From: Chiloscyllium plagiosum
Taxonomy: Eukaryota
NCBI RefSeq assembly: GCF_004010195.1
Contig: NC_057719.1
Span: 5,994,543 to 6,014,542 of the forward strand
Reading direction: 5' to 3'
Length of the DNA stretch: 20,000 bases
Below, one piece after another: positions 1-10,630 of this stretch; positions within the stretch are counted from its first letter, which is position 1, and every line of letters starts with the position of its first letter. A program made the position numbers and the translations under genes. Below the pieces are notes generated by a model. It was given only the letters and a program-made list of their open reading frames with translations. It was not told the DNA's origin and ran no database searches.

Positions 1-286
1 TATCCAGTCTTCATGTATTCAAGCTGATTGGAGCGCCATGGAGAGTGAGTTAGTATTAGCAGTCGCAAGCAGAATGTTTTTAGTTTTGATTTTAGAAGTT
101 TAATATAGTTTATGCAGGATTTGAAATCAGACAGATAGTGCAACAGCCTTGTACAGTAGTGAAGATTCATTTTGAGAGGTCTAGAATTTAAGAGCAGAGA
201 TGTACTGCTGAGGCAGTATAAGGCTCTGGTCAGACAGCATTTGAAATGTTGTGAGCATTTTGGGCCCTATACCTAAGGAGGGATAT

Positions 287-509
287 TGGATTAGTGGTGC
301 TGGAAGAGCACAGCAGTTCAGGCAGCATCCAAGGAGCTTCGAAATCGACGTTTCGGGCAAAAGCCTTTCATCAGGAATAAAGGCAGTGAGCCTGGAGCGT
401 GGAGAGATAAGCTAGAGGAGGGTGGGGAGAAAGTGCATAGAGTACAATGGGTGAGTGGGGGAGGGGATGAAGGTGATAGGTCAGGGAGGAGAGGGTGGAG
501 TGGATAGGT
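287..509 (-). mobile_element. Short Penelope-like element terminus (pseudo-LTR fragment) with a 7-bp target-site duplication
   Basis: Highly similar to 18192-18384, the 3' end of a PLE that has a recognisable RT. Flanked by GGGATAT at 280-286 and 510-516. Confidence 0.85.
345..376 (-). ncRNA. Minimal type-I hammerhead ribozyme motif in PLE terminus
   Basis: The minus strand reads TC-CTGATGA-A-AGGC-TTTT-GCCC-GAAA-C-GTC-GA. This gives the CUGANGA and GAAA core, a stem II hairpin (A.C mismatch at its base), a GUC cleavage triplet and a 2-bp stem I. Confidence 0.7.
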
Positions 510-1014
510 GGGATATGCCAACCTTGGAGGGGGTCCAGAGGAGGTTCACAGGAATGATCCTGGGAATGAAGGGCTCTGTCATATGAGGTATGGTTGAGGC
601 CTCTGGGTCAGTACTGGATGAAGTTTAGAAGGATGGGGAGATCTTACCGAATACTGAGAAGCCTGGGCAGAGTGGACTCTGAGAAGATGTTTCAACTAGT
701 AGGAGAGACTAAGACCCAGGGGCACAGCCTCGGAGTGAAGGACCAACAGTTGAAAATTGAGGTGAAAAATTTTGTCAGCCACAGGGTGGTTAATCTGTGG
801 AATTCATTGCTGCAGAGGCCAAGTCTTTGAGGGCAATTAAGACAGAGCTTGATGTGTAAGGGGAAGAAGACAGGAGAATGGTTTGAAAACAAAATTTGCC
901 ATTTTTGAATGGTAGAGAAGCCTCGATTGACTGAATGGCTTAATTCTGCTCCAATTTGGTCTTATAGTACAGCATATAAATTGAAATGATCTGCTGACGG
1001 TGTTGCCAAAAGAC

Positions 1015-1225
1015 AACAATCTCGTGTATTTTTTCAGCACTTTATGTAAACCATTCCAAAGTGCACCTCAGGATTGCAGTTGAACAAAATTTGATACTGA
1101 GCCATATAGTGGCATAATAGAACAGAAGCTTAATTCAGGATATTAAGGAAGATCTTAAAGAAAGTAAAAGACATAGAGAGACATGCATTTCCAGAACTTA
1201 GGATCCAGGCAGCTGAAGTTGCCAT
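1015..1225 (-). mobile_element. Old L2-like LINE 3'-end fragment
   Basis: Loosely similar to 17360-17600 and to the antisense 3' tail of L2-type repeats. Strongly decayed. Confidence 0.3.
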
Positions 1226-1519
1226 AAAGGTCAAATTAGATTTATTTTAAAATAATGGATTGAGCCTAGCACATAATTCAGGCACAAGAGTAGGAGATAT
1301 AAGGGCTGTACTAAAATTGGGATGACCACAAGGGAGCATTGTTATTGGCTTTACTGTGGAAATAATTATCTTTTACTCCAACTCATTCTTTCCCTAGATC
1401 TCAAAGGCATAAAACTCTTTGCTTCTCAGTCTTCTCTTCATGTTACAATCCATTTAAAACCAAGCTGGATATCAGGTAATTGAAAACTCTTACAGTGCAA
1501 TTTACAAGGATAAAAAAGC

Positions 1520-3790
1520 CCTTCATGGTGGCAACTACATGCAGCTCTGCCCCCTAACTCTCCTGAAGTTCTGGTATGCTGCTGGTGTCTTCCATGCTGA
1601 AAACTGATGCAAAGTACCTATTCAGTTCCTCCACCATTTCTTTTTTCCCCGTTACTACTTCTCCAACCTCATTTTCCAGATGTCCAATGTCCACTCTTGT
1701 CTCTCTCTTATCTTTTAAATATCAAAAAAAACTATTGCAGTCTTCTTTATATTTTTTAGCTAGCTGTCTTATTGCATCATCTATCCCATTGTTGCTTTTA
1801 TGGCTATCCTCTATACTAGTTTTTAAAAGCTTCCCAAACCTCTGGCTTCCGGACTAATCTCCACATTGTATGTTGTTTTTCTTGCTTTTATGCTTTCCCT
1901 GACTTCCTTTATGAGCCATGGTTGCCTCATCCTCCCCTGAGTACGTCTCTTCTTCCTTGGAATGAATTTCTGCTGTGTCTCCTGAATTACCCTCAGAAAC
2001 CCCTGCTATTGCGGCTCCACCATCTCCCCCACCAGGCTCCCCTTGCAATCAATTCTGGCCAACTCCTCCCTCATGTCTTTGTAGTTAACTTTACTCAATT
2101 CTAATACAGTTACTTCTGATTCCAGCTTCTCCCCCTCAAACTACAGGGTGAATTCTGTTATATTCTGCTCACTGCCCCTCGGGGTTCCATCACCTTCAGC
2201 TCCCTAATCAGGTCTGCCTCATCACCAAATCCAGAATTACCTGTTCACAGCTGCTTCAAAGAAACCACCTCATAGACATTCCACAAATTCCTTCTCTTGG
2301 GATCCGCTGCCAATCTGATTTTTCCCCGTTCACCTGGATATTGAAGCCCCCATGATTATTGTTATAGTGCCTTTCTTACATGTCATTTCTATCTCCTGAT
2401 TTATTTTCTTCCTTATATGCTGTTTACTGCTAGGAGGCCTGTAGACAGCTTCCATCTGGGTCTTTTTTCCTTCGACATTCCTCAGCTCTCCCCACACTGA
2501 TTCTATGCCTTACTGCTATTGATTTAATTTCATTTCTTCCTAACAAGGCAATCTGCCCATCTGCCTGTTCTTCTGGTAGGATGTGTATCCCAGGATGTTT
2601 GGTTCCCAGTCCTGATCCCCTTGCAGCCAGATCTCTCTGATGCATGCGATATTGTACCTGCCAATTCCAATCTGCGCTACAAGCTCATTTACCTTTTTTC
2701 ATTAACTGCGTGCATTTAAGTACAACACCCTCAGTATGGCATTGACTGCCCTATTCCCATAGTTGTTCCTTTTTCTGCTGTGCCTGAAGTTAGGTTCCTG
2801 ACCCTTTCCATAGTGTCTCTCCAATTACTTGTTCTGGATACTGTAATAACTTTTATTGGGTGCCCCCTCCTTTAACGTTTTCCATTATTTTCCAAGCAAC
2901 TGAACCCCATCCCCTCACTGTTTAGTTTAAAGTCCTATCCACAGCCCTCCGGTCCCAGCATGATTCAGGTGGAGCCCGTCCCGTTGGAACAGCTCCCTCG
3001 TTTCCCAGTAATCGTGCCAATGTCCCATGAATTCGAGCCTGTTTCTCCAACACCAATCTTTGAACCACCTCTTTAATCTTCTTGACTCAGTGCCAATTTG
3101 CTTGTGGTTCAGGTAGTAATCCGGAGGTAATTACTTTTCTGATTCTGCTCTTTAGTTTATCCCCTAGCTGCTTATATTCGTTCAGCAGAACCTCTCTCTA
3201 CCTATATCACTGGTACCTACAAGGACCATAACAACTGGATCTTTTCTCTCCCTCTCCCAAGTTTCTTTGCAACCCAGATGAGATATTTTGAACCTGGGCA
3301 CCAGGCAGGCAACACAGCCTTCAGGACCCGCGTTGCTGGCAACAGAGAAACAATATGTATTCCCCCGACTGTACTAACCCCGATTACAACTACATTTCCC
3401 TTTTCTCCGTGCTGTTCAGTAGCTCCCTGAGCCATGGTCAATTTGCTGCTCCTCCCTACAGCCTCCCACTCTCACCCACACGGCGGGGGCAAGAATTTCA
3501 AACCTGTTAGACAAGCTCAGGGACTGAGGCTCCTTCAGCACTACCTCCTGGATCCTTGTACCTGTGTTGCTGGTAGTCACACCCTCCTGTCCCTGAACAC
3601 AGATTGAATTTGAGGTAGTTAATCTAAAGGATATGACTGCCTCCTGAGACACAGTGTCCAGGCAGCTCTCCCACCCCAGAAGCCAGAGTTCCTTGTGCAA
3701 CCAGCACTTGCTACAGATGTGGTCACTGCAAACCATACTGGGGTCCACCAGCTCCCCCATCGTACAGTTATGATCTGCCGTTTTGCTCAA
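1520..3790 (-). mobile_element. Degenerate CR1-clade LINE, 5' half: ORF1 (Cys-rich finger and SGNH/esterase-like domain) plus ORF2 APE endonuclease and tether; RT absent
   Basis: Minus-strand remnants include CTMGELVDPSMVCSDHICSKC (ORF1 finger), NVVVIGVSTVGG (VIGDSIVRG-like esterase motif), AVYRPP and IIMG (endonuclease motifs) and EMVEELNRYFASVFS (pre-RT tether). Many stops and frameshifts. Confidence 0.8.
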
Positions 3791-4477
3791 ATCGCTATTT
3801 TAATTACTTAGTTCTTAATTTGATTTTTCAACATTTCCTACTGATGGTTTAGTTTGTAGCCTGTAAATATTTCCCCTATTTACCTTCAACCTGAAGGTAA
3901 CCAATAAGAGATAGTCAAATTAGTAGCAATCATCAACCAATGAACTTGTGTTTTAAGTGTGATGCCACTCTTTTTGTGCTGGACCCTTGATCCTGGGCTT
4001 CTTTTTATCCTGTTTATATAAAAAAAAAGTCCCCCAGTCCTCATTTACCATCCCACCAGCATCCACATTAGCTGCTGTTTCTGCCACCTCCAGCAGGAAG
4101 CCACCACCAATTACATATTCTCCACCCGTATCATCCTTCCACAGTGACCATCCCCTCCAGGACAACTTAGTCCAGTCCTAACAAGCCCCAAAAGCCCCAT
4201 GGCACCTTCCCATGCAGTTGCAGAAAATGTAACACCTAATGGTTAATTCCTCTCTCCTCAGTATCCAAGGGTCCACACGCACCTTCCAGGTGAAGCAACA
4301 ATTTACCTGCACTTCGCTCAATCTAGTCTATTGTATTTGCTGCTCACAATGTTGTCTCCTCTACATTCGGCGAATGAAATGCAGACTGGATGACCGCTTT
4401 CAAGAACACCTACATGTTGTTCTTAAAAATGATCCTGAACTTCTGACACTTCAACACACCGCCATGTTCCCTGAACA

Positions 4478-5283
4478 CCATTTCATTTTCTGCTCAGGGA
4501 CACTGCAACCTTCAGGGTTCCATAATAAATTCTATAATTTTAGGGCCTGAGAACCTTCTCCCATGTTCTTATCCTAAACCCCACACAGCAGTCCTTTTCG
4601 TCAAATGGACTGCTCTCATCGAACCAACCTGTTTTCACCCATTAATGGACCCTATTAGCAACATTTCATTCTCCCCAGCTCAACATTAACCATTCCTGTC
4701 TGCCCAACTGTTGTTCTCTCCCTTTGGGCTTCATGTTCACTTATTGTTTACTCCCAGCCCAGTCTTTCGCATAGTCATAGAGTCATAGAGACGTACAGCA
4801 TGGAAACAGGCCCTTTGGTCCAACTCGTCCATGCCGACCAGATATCCCAACCCAATCTTGTCCCACCTGCCAGCACCCGTCCATTTCATTTTCTGCTCAG
4901 GGACACTGCAACCTTCAGGGTTCCATAATAAATTCTATAATTTTAGGGCCTGAGAACCTTCTCCCATGTTCTTATCCTAAACCCCACACAGCAGTCCTTT
5001 TCGTCAAATGGACTGCTCTCATCGAACCAACCTGTTTTCACCCATTAATGGACCCTATTAGCAACATTTCATTCTCCCCAGCTCAACATTAACCATTCCT
5101 GTCTGCCCAACTGTTGTTCTCTCCCTTTGGGCTTCATGTTCACTTATTGTTTACTCCCAGCCCAGTCTTTCGCATAGTCATAGAGTCATAGAGATGTACA
5201 GCATGGAAACAGGCCCTTTGGTCCAACTCGTCCATGCCGACCAGATATCCCAACCCAATCTTGTCCCACCTGCCAGCACCCGT
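4478..5283. repeat. 403-bp near-perfect direct tandem duplication (4478-4880 and 4881-5283)
   Basis: Both units begin CCATTTCATTTTCTGCTCAGGG and end CAGCACCCGT. The only difference I noticed is C4792 versus T5195. Confidence 0.95.
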
Positions 5284-5646
5284 CCCATATCCCTCCATAC
5301 CCTCCCTATTCATTTACAGGGTTCAGAAAAGATTTACAAGGATATTGCCAGGGTTGGAGGATTTGAGCTATAGGGAGAGATTGAATAGGCTGGGGCTGTT
5401 TTCTCTGGAGCGTCAGAGTCTGAGGGGTGACCTTATAGAGGTTTATAAAATCATGAGGGGCATGGATAGGGTAATTAGATGACGTCTTTTCCCTGGGGTG
5501 GGGGAATCCAGAATTAGAGGGCATAGGTTTAGGGTGAGAGGGGAAATATATAAAAAAGACCTTCGGGGCAACTTTTTCACGCAGAGGGTGGAATGTGTAT
5601 GGAATGAGCTCCTAGAGGAAGTGGTGGAGGCTGGTACAATTGCATA
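5172..5646 (-). mobile_element. HER1/CR1-type LINE 3' end with an inverted 5' segment
   Basis: 5177-5316 is the antisense 3' UTR and tail (CATAGAGT repeats). 5318-5644 is sense-on-plus ORF2 C-terminus RVQKRFTRILPGLEDLSYRERLNRLGLFSLERQSLRGDLIEVYKIMRG. GCATA flanks both sides (5172-5176, 5642-5646). Confidence 0.85.
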
Positions 5647-6621
5647 ATTTGCCAACCTTTTCCTGGCTGCTTTCAGTTCCAAAGGAGAGTCACTAGAATC
5701 AAAATGTTGGCTCTGCTTTCTTTCCACAGATGCTGCCAGACCTGTTGAGTTTCCCCAGCAGTTTTTGTTCTTGTTTATTTTCCTGGTATTGCTGACACTT
5801 TCAGGCTGGGCTGTGTACCACACCGAGAACCAGCACTTTTTTCCCCCAGAGTAGGCAGTGGTTCCACAGGCAAGGACTGATCTTTTCCAGGATGGGCTAT
5901 GGCTCCAGTACTTGTATCTATAGTTTTACAGAGTGAGCTGTAATTCCAGTGTGATGTCACAGCTCACGACAGCCTCTCCTGCTCTGTGGTGATGACTACT
6001 GCATTTGTGCGACTTTGCACAATTTTCATCTTGAGTTTGACAATCAAAATCCATAGACTAGTGCAGTTTCCCACAAGAGTCTCTGTGTATTGATCAGGAG
6101 CAGGAGCCCACTTCTTTCCAGTTCTAATTCTGCCTCTTAGCCTGGGTCCAGTGCAGCCAATTATCGTAACCCTGTGAGTTCTTAGATGGGATCAGCTAAC
6201 TCAGTAGTGTGGAGAACCAAACCTCAGGCATGCCTTGTTACAGGTTGGTGCCATGCGAGGCCCTGCATAACTGCAGTAAAACATTCCTACTTCTGAAATC
6301 AAGATTTGGATTCTTTCTTTACCTGTAAAGGAAGCTGTAACATTTTCTAGCATAACATTTTCTTTTAAAGTGAATGGTGTTTTTGAATATTATGGTGCAG
6401 TAATTCTAAAAGTGCATGTAACATCAGAATGTTGAGAAGTGAAAATAAACACCATCAGAACAAAGCTGCTGAAATTCCCTCCAGAAACAATAACACTATC
6501 CCTTTTGAGCCAGACACAATGCTGAAGTTGTAATGTTAGTGGAGTTGCTGGATTATATTTTCACCAAACATAGTTCTCTCAAACTTGTTGATGGAAGATG
6601 TTGACTCTCTTTCAATAATCT

Positions 6622-6956
6622 TTCCTCTGGGACACCCGCACCAACCAACCCAACTGCCCTGTGGCTGAACACTTTAACTCCCCCTCCCACTCTGCCAAGG
6701 ACATGCAGGTCCTTGGCCTCCTCCATCGCCATGGCAAGTGACGCCTGGAGGAAGAGCGCCTCATCTTCCGCCTAGGAACCCTCCAACCACAAGGGATGAA
6801 TGCAGATTTCTCCAGCTTCCTCATTTCCCCTCCCCCCCCACCTTTTCTCAAGGGCTTATGCCCGAAATGTCGATTCTCCTGCTCCTTTGATGCTGCCTGC
6901 GCTTTTCCAGCAACACATTTTTCAGCTCTGGTCTCCAGCATCTGCAGTCCTCACTT
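6622..6956 (+). mobile_element. Truncated, internally deleted Penelope-like element with a 16-bp flanking direct repeat
   Basis: Contains PLE C-terminal coding remnants (PVAEHFNSPSHSAKDMQVLGL...LEEERLIFRLGTLQPQGMN) followed by a pseudo-LTR. TCTCTTTCAATAATCT is repeated at 6606-6621 and 6957-6972. Confidence 0.85.
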
Positions 6957-8314
6957 TCTCTTTCAATAATCTGTTGAGTGAAGGCCAGCCAATTAGCCAC
7001 AGATTGTAACCAATCACTCTGAACCATTTTTGCTCTAAACTGTTCTGTTGAAATCAGATTCTTTAGTTGAATTACTTGAACAATCAGTGATGTTGATAAA
7101 TATTTTGAACGCATTGAAGATACGTTGAGTTGCATAGGCAGAGCAGTGGGATGTTAATCCCCCAAAGTTGTGTCAAAGGCTTTTACTAACGTAATCAATG
7201 ATTAGGCAGACTACTCTCTATGGTGGTCATCAAATTTTAAAAGAAGCATAATTGCATGGAAAAAGCTGCACAGAAGGTTAATCCAGAGTAGAGGGGATGA
7301 AGATGAAGAGGCTGTTCCAGGAAAGTGTAGGAAGTATTACTTGGCTAATGGTTAATATTAATCCTGTCTTAATAATTTGCTACATGAAGGTGAATCAGAA
7401 CATTAGTTTGTCAATCAGAACACTTGCAAGAAACTGTTTCCATTCAGTGTGATCTGTAATGAGCTACCAGGTAAGGTTGCAGAATCAGCCTTAGCAAAGA
7501 AAGGTTCAGGACGATGCTGAATGTGATATTGAGTTGAAGTAATAGCAGTAATAATAAAATGACTAATGTTTGATAAAACTGAAGATAACAGGAACTGGTA
7601 AGCAGCCTAACGGTGGGCTGTTATATGAATAGAAGTATGCTAAGTCAATTAGATTTGCTAAGAATTAAAACTGCAGGATACCAGGAGCTGCTGGCTCTAT
7701 CAGACAAGGTACACATTTGGATAAAACATTTTGGATTGTTCATGTGCACAGATAAGTCCAAAGAAGGCATGCATTTGGACAATAAGTTCAGGATTGGTCA
7801 TATGCATGTATAATTCCAAGTAAGTCATGCAGTTGGCACAGAGACTTGTGAATAAAAAGCTTGAAGAAATCTCCTGGGTAATAACATTTGGGTTTAGTTA
7901 CAGACATCACGGTAGTGAAAGACAGGTGATTGAGATATCAGTAGTAGTTATAAGTGTGTGTTATTTGTTTCAGTACTTAATAAATGAATTGTGATTTTAT
8001 AAAGCTCTAGGTGTCTCTGCTGTATCTTCGTCTATGTGTTAAGTGTTGTCTCTCAGACACCAAATGTCTGCCTTTTTCATGTGATTTATAATGGGAATTT
8101 CAGGTTTTTTAATAGTTAAGTGCGATTTCTGGAGTTCTAGCCAAAATGCCCTTAAACGTTTTCAAGTAGGCAGCATTTACTTGATCCAGTTTGCATAAAT
8201 GCTACTGGATTGTCAAAGGTTCTCATTCTTGGTCGCTAACCAGGCTGGAGATTGATGTGATAACATTCACGACCAGCTGTACTGCCCTTTTTAGAGCTTC
8301 AGTAATAAATAGAG

Positions 8315-8640
8315 GCATGTGAAGACCATACAACCCCTTGAAGCTGCTCCACCATTCAGTGCAATCATGGCTGGTGATCTGCCTCACCTCCACTTTGCTG
8401 ACCGGTCCTTATATCCCTTGATTCCCTGAGTGAGCTTTCACAATATTCCAAAGATACACAGCCTTCTGATTGAAGACATTTTTTCTCATCTCAGTTTTCA
8501 AAGATTGTTACCTTTTCTGAAACTGTGTCATATGTTCTAGGTTTCCTGGAGAAACTATTACTCAGTATCTTTGCTGTGAAGCTCCTTCAGAAGCTTGTAT
8601 GTTTCAAAGACAACACCCACCTCTCATTCTTTTTACTCAC
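8315..8640 (-). mobile_element. Old CR1-type LINE 3' end fragment
   Basis: ctgctccaccattcagtgcaatcatggctg...atatcccttgattccc resembles the antisense CR1 3' UTR. Decayed. Confidence 0.55.
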
Positions 8641-8761
8641 CCTGCCTAGAATCATACCATGAAGAATGGCGAATGAGTGAACTAGCTGCATTGGATCTGC
8701 ACAGTTCCTTAACTCAGATCCTACCAGTAGAGATGTGGAAATTATTGGGAATATGCAGTGT

Positions 8762-8791
8762 TACTAAGCTCCATTTTAATTTACTTTCCAG
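8762..8791 (+). promoter_or_regulatory. Branch point, polypyrimidine tract and 3' splice site of the TTC7B exon
   Basis: TACTAAG at 8762-8768 resembles the YTNAY/TACTAAC branch consensus about 24 nt upstream of the exon. It is followed by a T/C-rich tract ending in CAG. Confidence 0.7.
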
Positions 8792-8994
8792 CTGAAGTAT
8801 ACATTGGAATGGGAAAGCCTACAGAGGCCACAGCATGCATCCAGGAGGCAGCTAACCTTTTCCCCACATCTCACAACGTATTGTTCATGCGTGGTCAAGT
8901 TGCAGAACTCCGAGGGAATATTGATGAAGCTAAGCGCTGGTATGAAGAGGCTTTGTCGATCAGTCCCACTCATGTCAAGACAATGCAAAGACTG
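8792..8994 (+). CDS. TTC7B: Internal coding exon of tetratricopeptide repeat protein 7B (PI4KA complex subunit); C-terminal TPR region, probably the penultimate exon
   Basis: Translates as (A)EVYIGMGKPTEATACIQEAANLFPTSHNVLFMRGQVAELRGNIDEAKRWYEEALSISPTHVKTMQRL, which closely matches my recollection of the vertebrate TTC7B C-terminal TPRs. The acceptor is ttactttccAG (AG at 8790-8791) and the donor is CTG|GTAAGT (GT at 8995-8996). Length 203 bp, phase 1 to phase 0. Confidence 0.93.
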
Positions 8995-10019
8995 GTAAGT
9001 GAATTTTTTTGTGGATGTTTTTGGAAGCCGATAACGTATCCTGAAAATTAAAACCCAAAATGTCTCTGCCTAGTTGTAATGTATAATCATGCAATTAAAA
9101 AGTATTTTTGTATCTCCAGCTTAAGTGTTGGTAACGTTATTTCCATCCAGTTTTGTTGTGCCATCAGCAGCATCACTAACATTCCTGTTAATGTCTTCAT
9201 CGTAAACTTTTATATTCACTTTTATAATGAAAACATTGTTATGTCTGTAGCGATCAGTAATGTACAGATGTGATTACGTTGTGACAAGTGTACATTGGCA
9301 ATTACTATTGTAAATGTGCACAAGAAATTTTAATAGCAATATGTACATGTTAACAACAGAATTTATGGTTTCAAAAGGAAAAGACACCAAATTACATCCT
9401 GCCTGATTCAATTACTCCGCTGTGGGAATGATTTCTGTTTGAGAATCCAGAGATAAAATATGGTATCAACAGAAGTGACAAACCAGTCCAGTTGCTGTCA
9501 AACAAGAATGGTGTTGAATTTTCTTTGGATCAAAACCAGCCTTACTTACTCAGTGCAGCCTGCATATGACTCCAGGCCCACACCGACATATCTGGCTATC
9601 AAAGTGACCTAACAAACTGTCTATAACGGATTCAAAGATTAAACCTAATCTACTGTTTTGATTATAAATAAGGTTGTGTGGTAGTTGATAATTGAGTTGT
9701 CATTTGACAGTCTCCTCATTGTCATTGGGTACTATTGTAACTGCAAGTATCATTTTCATAATAAGGAAAATTGTGAGATTTGTTTTTGGCAAATGGAAAA
9801 TGTGAGAAAATTTAGGTAAGAAATCTTTCCATTTGAATCTCTGATCTGCTAAAATAGTACATTCATATTCTGAAACTCTTTGCACCCAGAAAACAAATTC
9901 TTTATACAGTTTGAATTGGCTTAATTGGATTCCAGAGTCATGTCACCTTGTTCCAGATTCCCTATTCCTGAGGGAATTGGGGAGGGAGTTACGTGGTTTT
10001 CCCCAGCAACATTGAGGGT

Positions 10020-10630
10020 TGGCAGTATATTTCCAAGGCAGGATGGTGAATGGCTTGGAGAGCTGAAAGGTGGTGGTGTTATCATGTATCTGCTGCACTT
10101 ATCCTTCTAGGTGGAAGCAGTCATGGATTTGGAAGGTGCTGTCTAAAGAATCTTTAAGAATTTCTGCACTGCAACTTACATTTAGTACACATTGCTGCTA
10201 CTGAGCATTGGTGGTGGAGGAAAGTGAATGTTTGAAGATGTGATGCCCATCAAGTGGGCTGTTTTGTCCTGGATGGCGTCAAGCTTCTTAAGTGTCATTG
10301 GAACTGCACTCATCCAAGCAAATAGGGAGTATTCCATTACACTTGTGCCTTGTTGATGGTGACAGGTTTTGGGGAGTATTACTTGCTGAGTATTTCTTGC
10401 CTCTGACCTGGTCTTGATGCCATAGTTTCTTGGTGTAGCCCTCAAGAGATTGATATTGGGGATTCAGTGTGAAGTAATGATGTTCAATGTCAGTGGGCAG
10501 TGGTTCAGTTCTTCTTTGTGGCAGGTGGTCATTGCCTGGCAGTTGTTTGCTGCAAATGCAATTTACCCCTGAAAAACCCAAGCCTGAATGGTGTCCAGGA
10601 TTTGTTGCACCTTGATATGTTCTGCTTCAG
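10020..10630 (-). mobile_element. Degenerate CR1/L2-group LINE 3' fragment (RT C-terminus and 3' UTR)
   Basis: Minus-strand remnants ILDTIQAW...CQAMT and SVMEYSLFAWMSAVPMTLKKLDAIQDKTAHLMG are typical post-RT motifs. Confidence 0.7.

Larger units (their letters stand above)
166..963 (+). mobile_element. Degenerate CR1-clade LINE 3' fragment (C-terminal ORF2 plus 3' UTR), interrupted by a PLE insertion
   Basis: Decayed translation FILRGLEFKSRDVLLRQYKALVRQHL...LEGVQRRFTGMI...VVNLWNSL, typical of the CR1 ORF2 C-terminus. The reading continues across the 287-509 insertion. Confidence 0.8.
3980..5778 (+). mobile_element. Penelope-like element 3' fragment (GIY-YIG endonuclease remnant plus pseudo-LTR), interrupted by a CR1 insertion and a tandem duplication
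   Basis: ORF 4239-4550 reads FQVKQQFTCTSLNLVYCICCSQCCLLYIRRMKCRLDDRFQEHL, a PLE GIY-YIG with the CxxC insert. The terminal segment 5646-5778 (gatgctgccagacctgttgagtttccccagca) resembles the reverse complement of 13100-13200. Confidence 0.8.

Noticed and set aside
5799..5940. Possible cryptic exons (TTTCAG and TTTTCCAG acceptors, GTGAG donor)
   Set aside because: The translations show no TTC7B-like or other recognisable peptide, and splice-like motifs are common by chance.
5985..6100. C/D snoRNA candidate (GTGATGA box C)
   Set aside because: No CTGA box D or terminal stem at a suitable distance.
7050..7620. Possible very old CR1 fragment on the plus strand
   Set aside because: Only faint motif resemblance, and boundaries cannot be supported by eye.
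8758..9051. 97-aa ORF as a standalone gene
   Set aside because: Only 8792-8994 is TTC7B-like and it is bounded by canonical splice sites. The extensions are intronic read-through.
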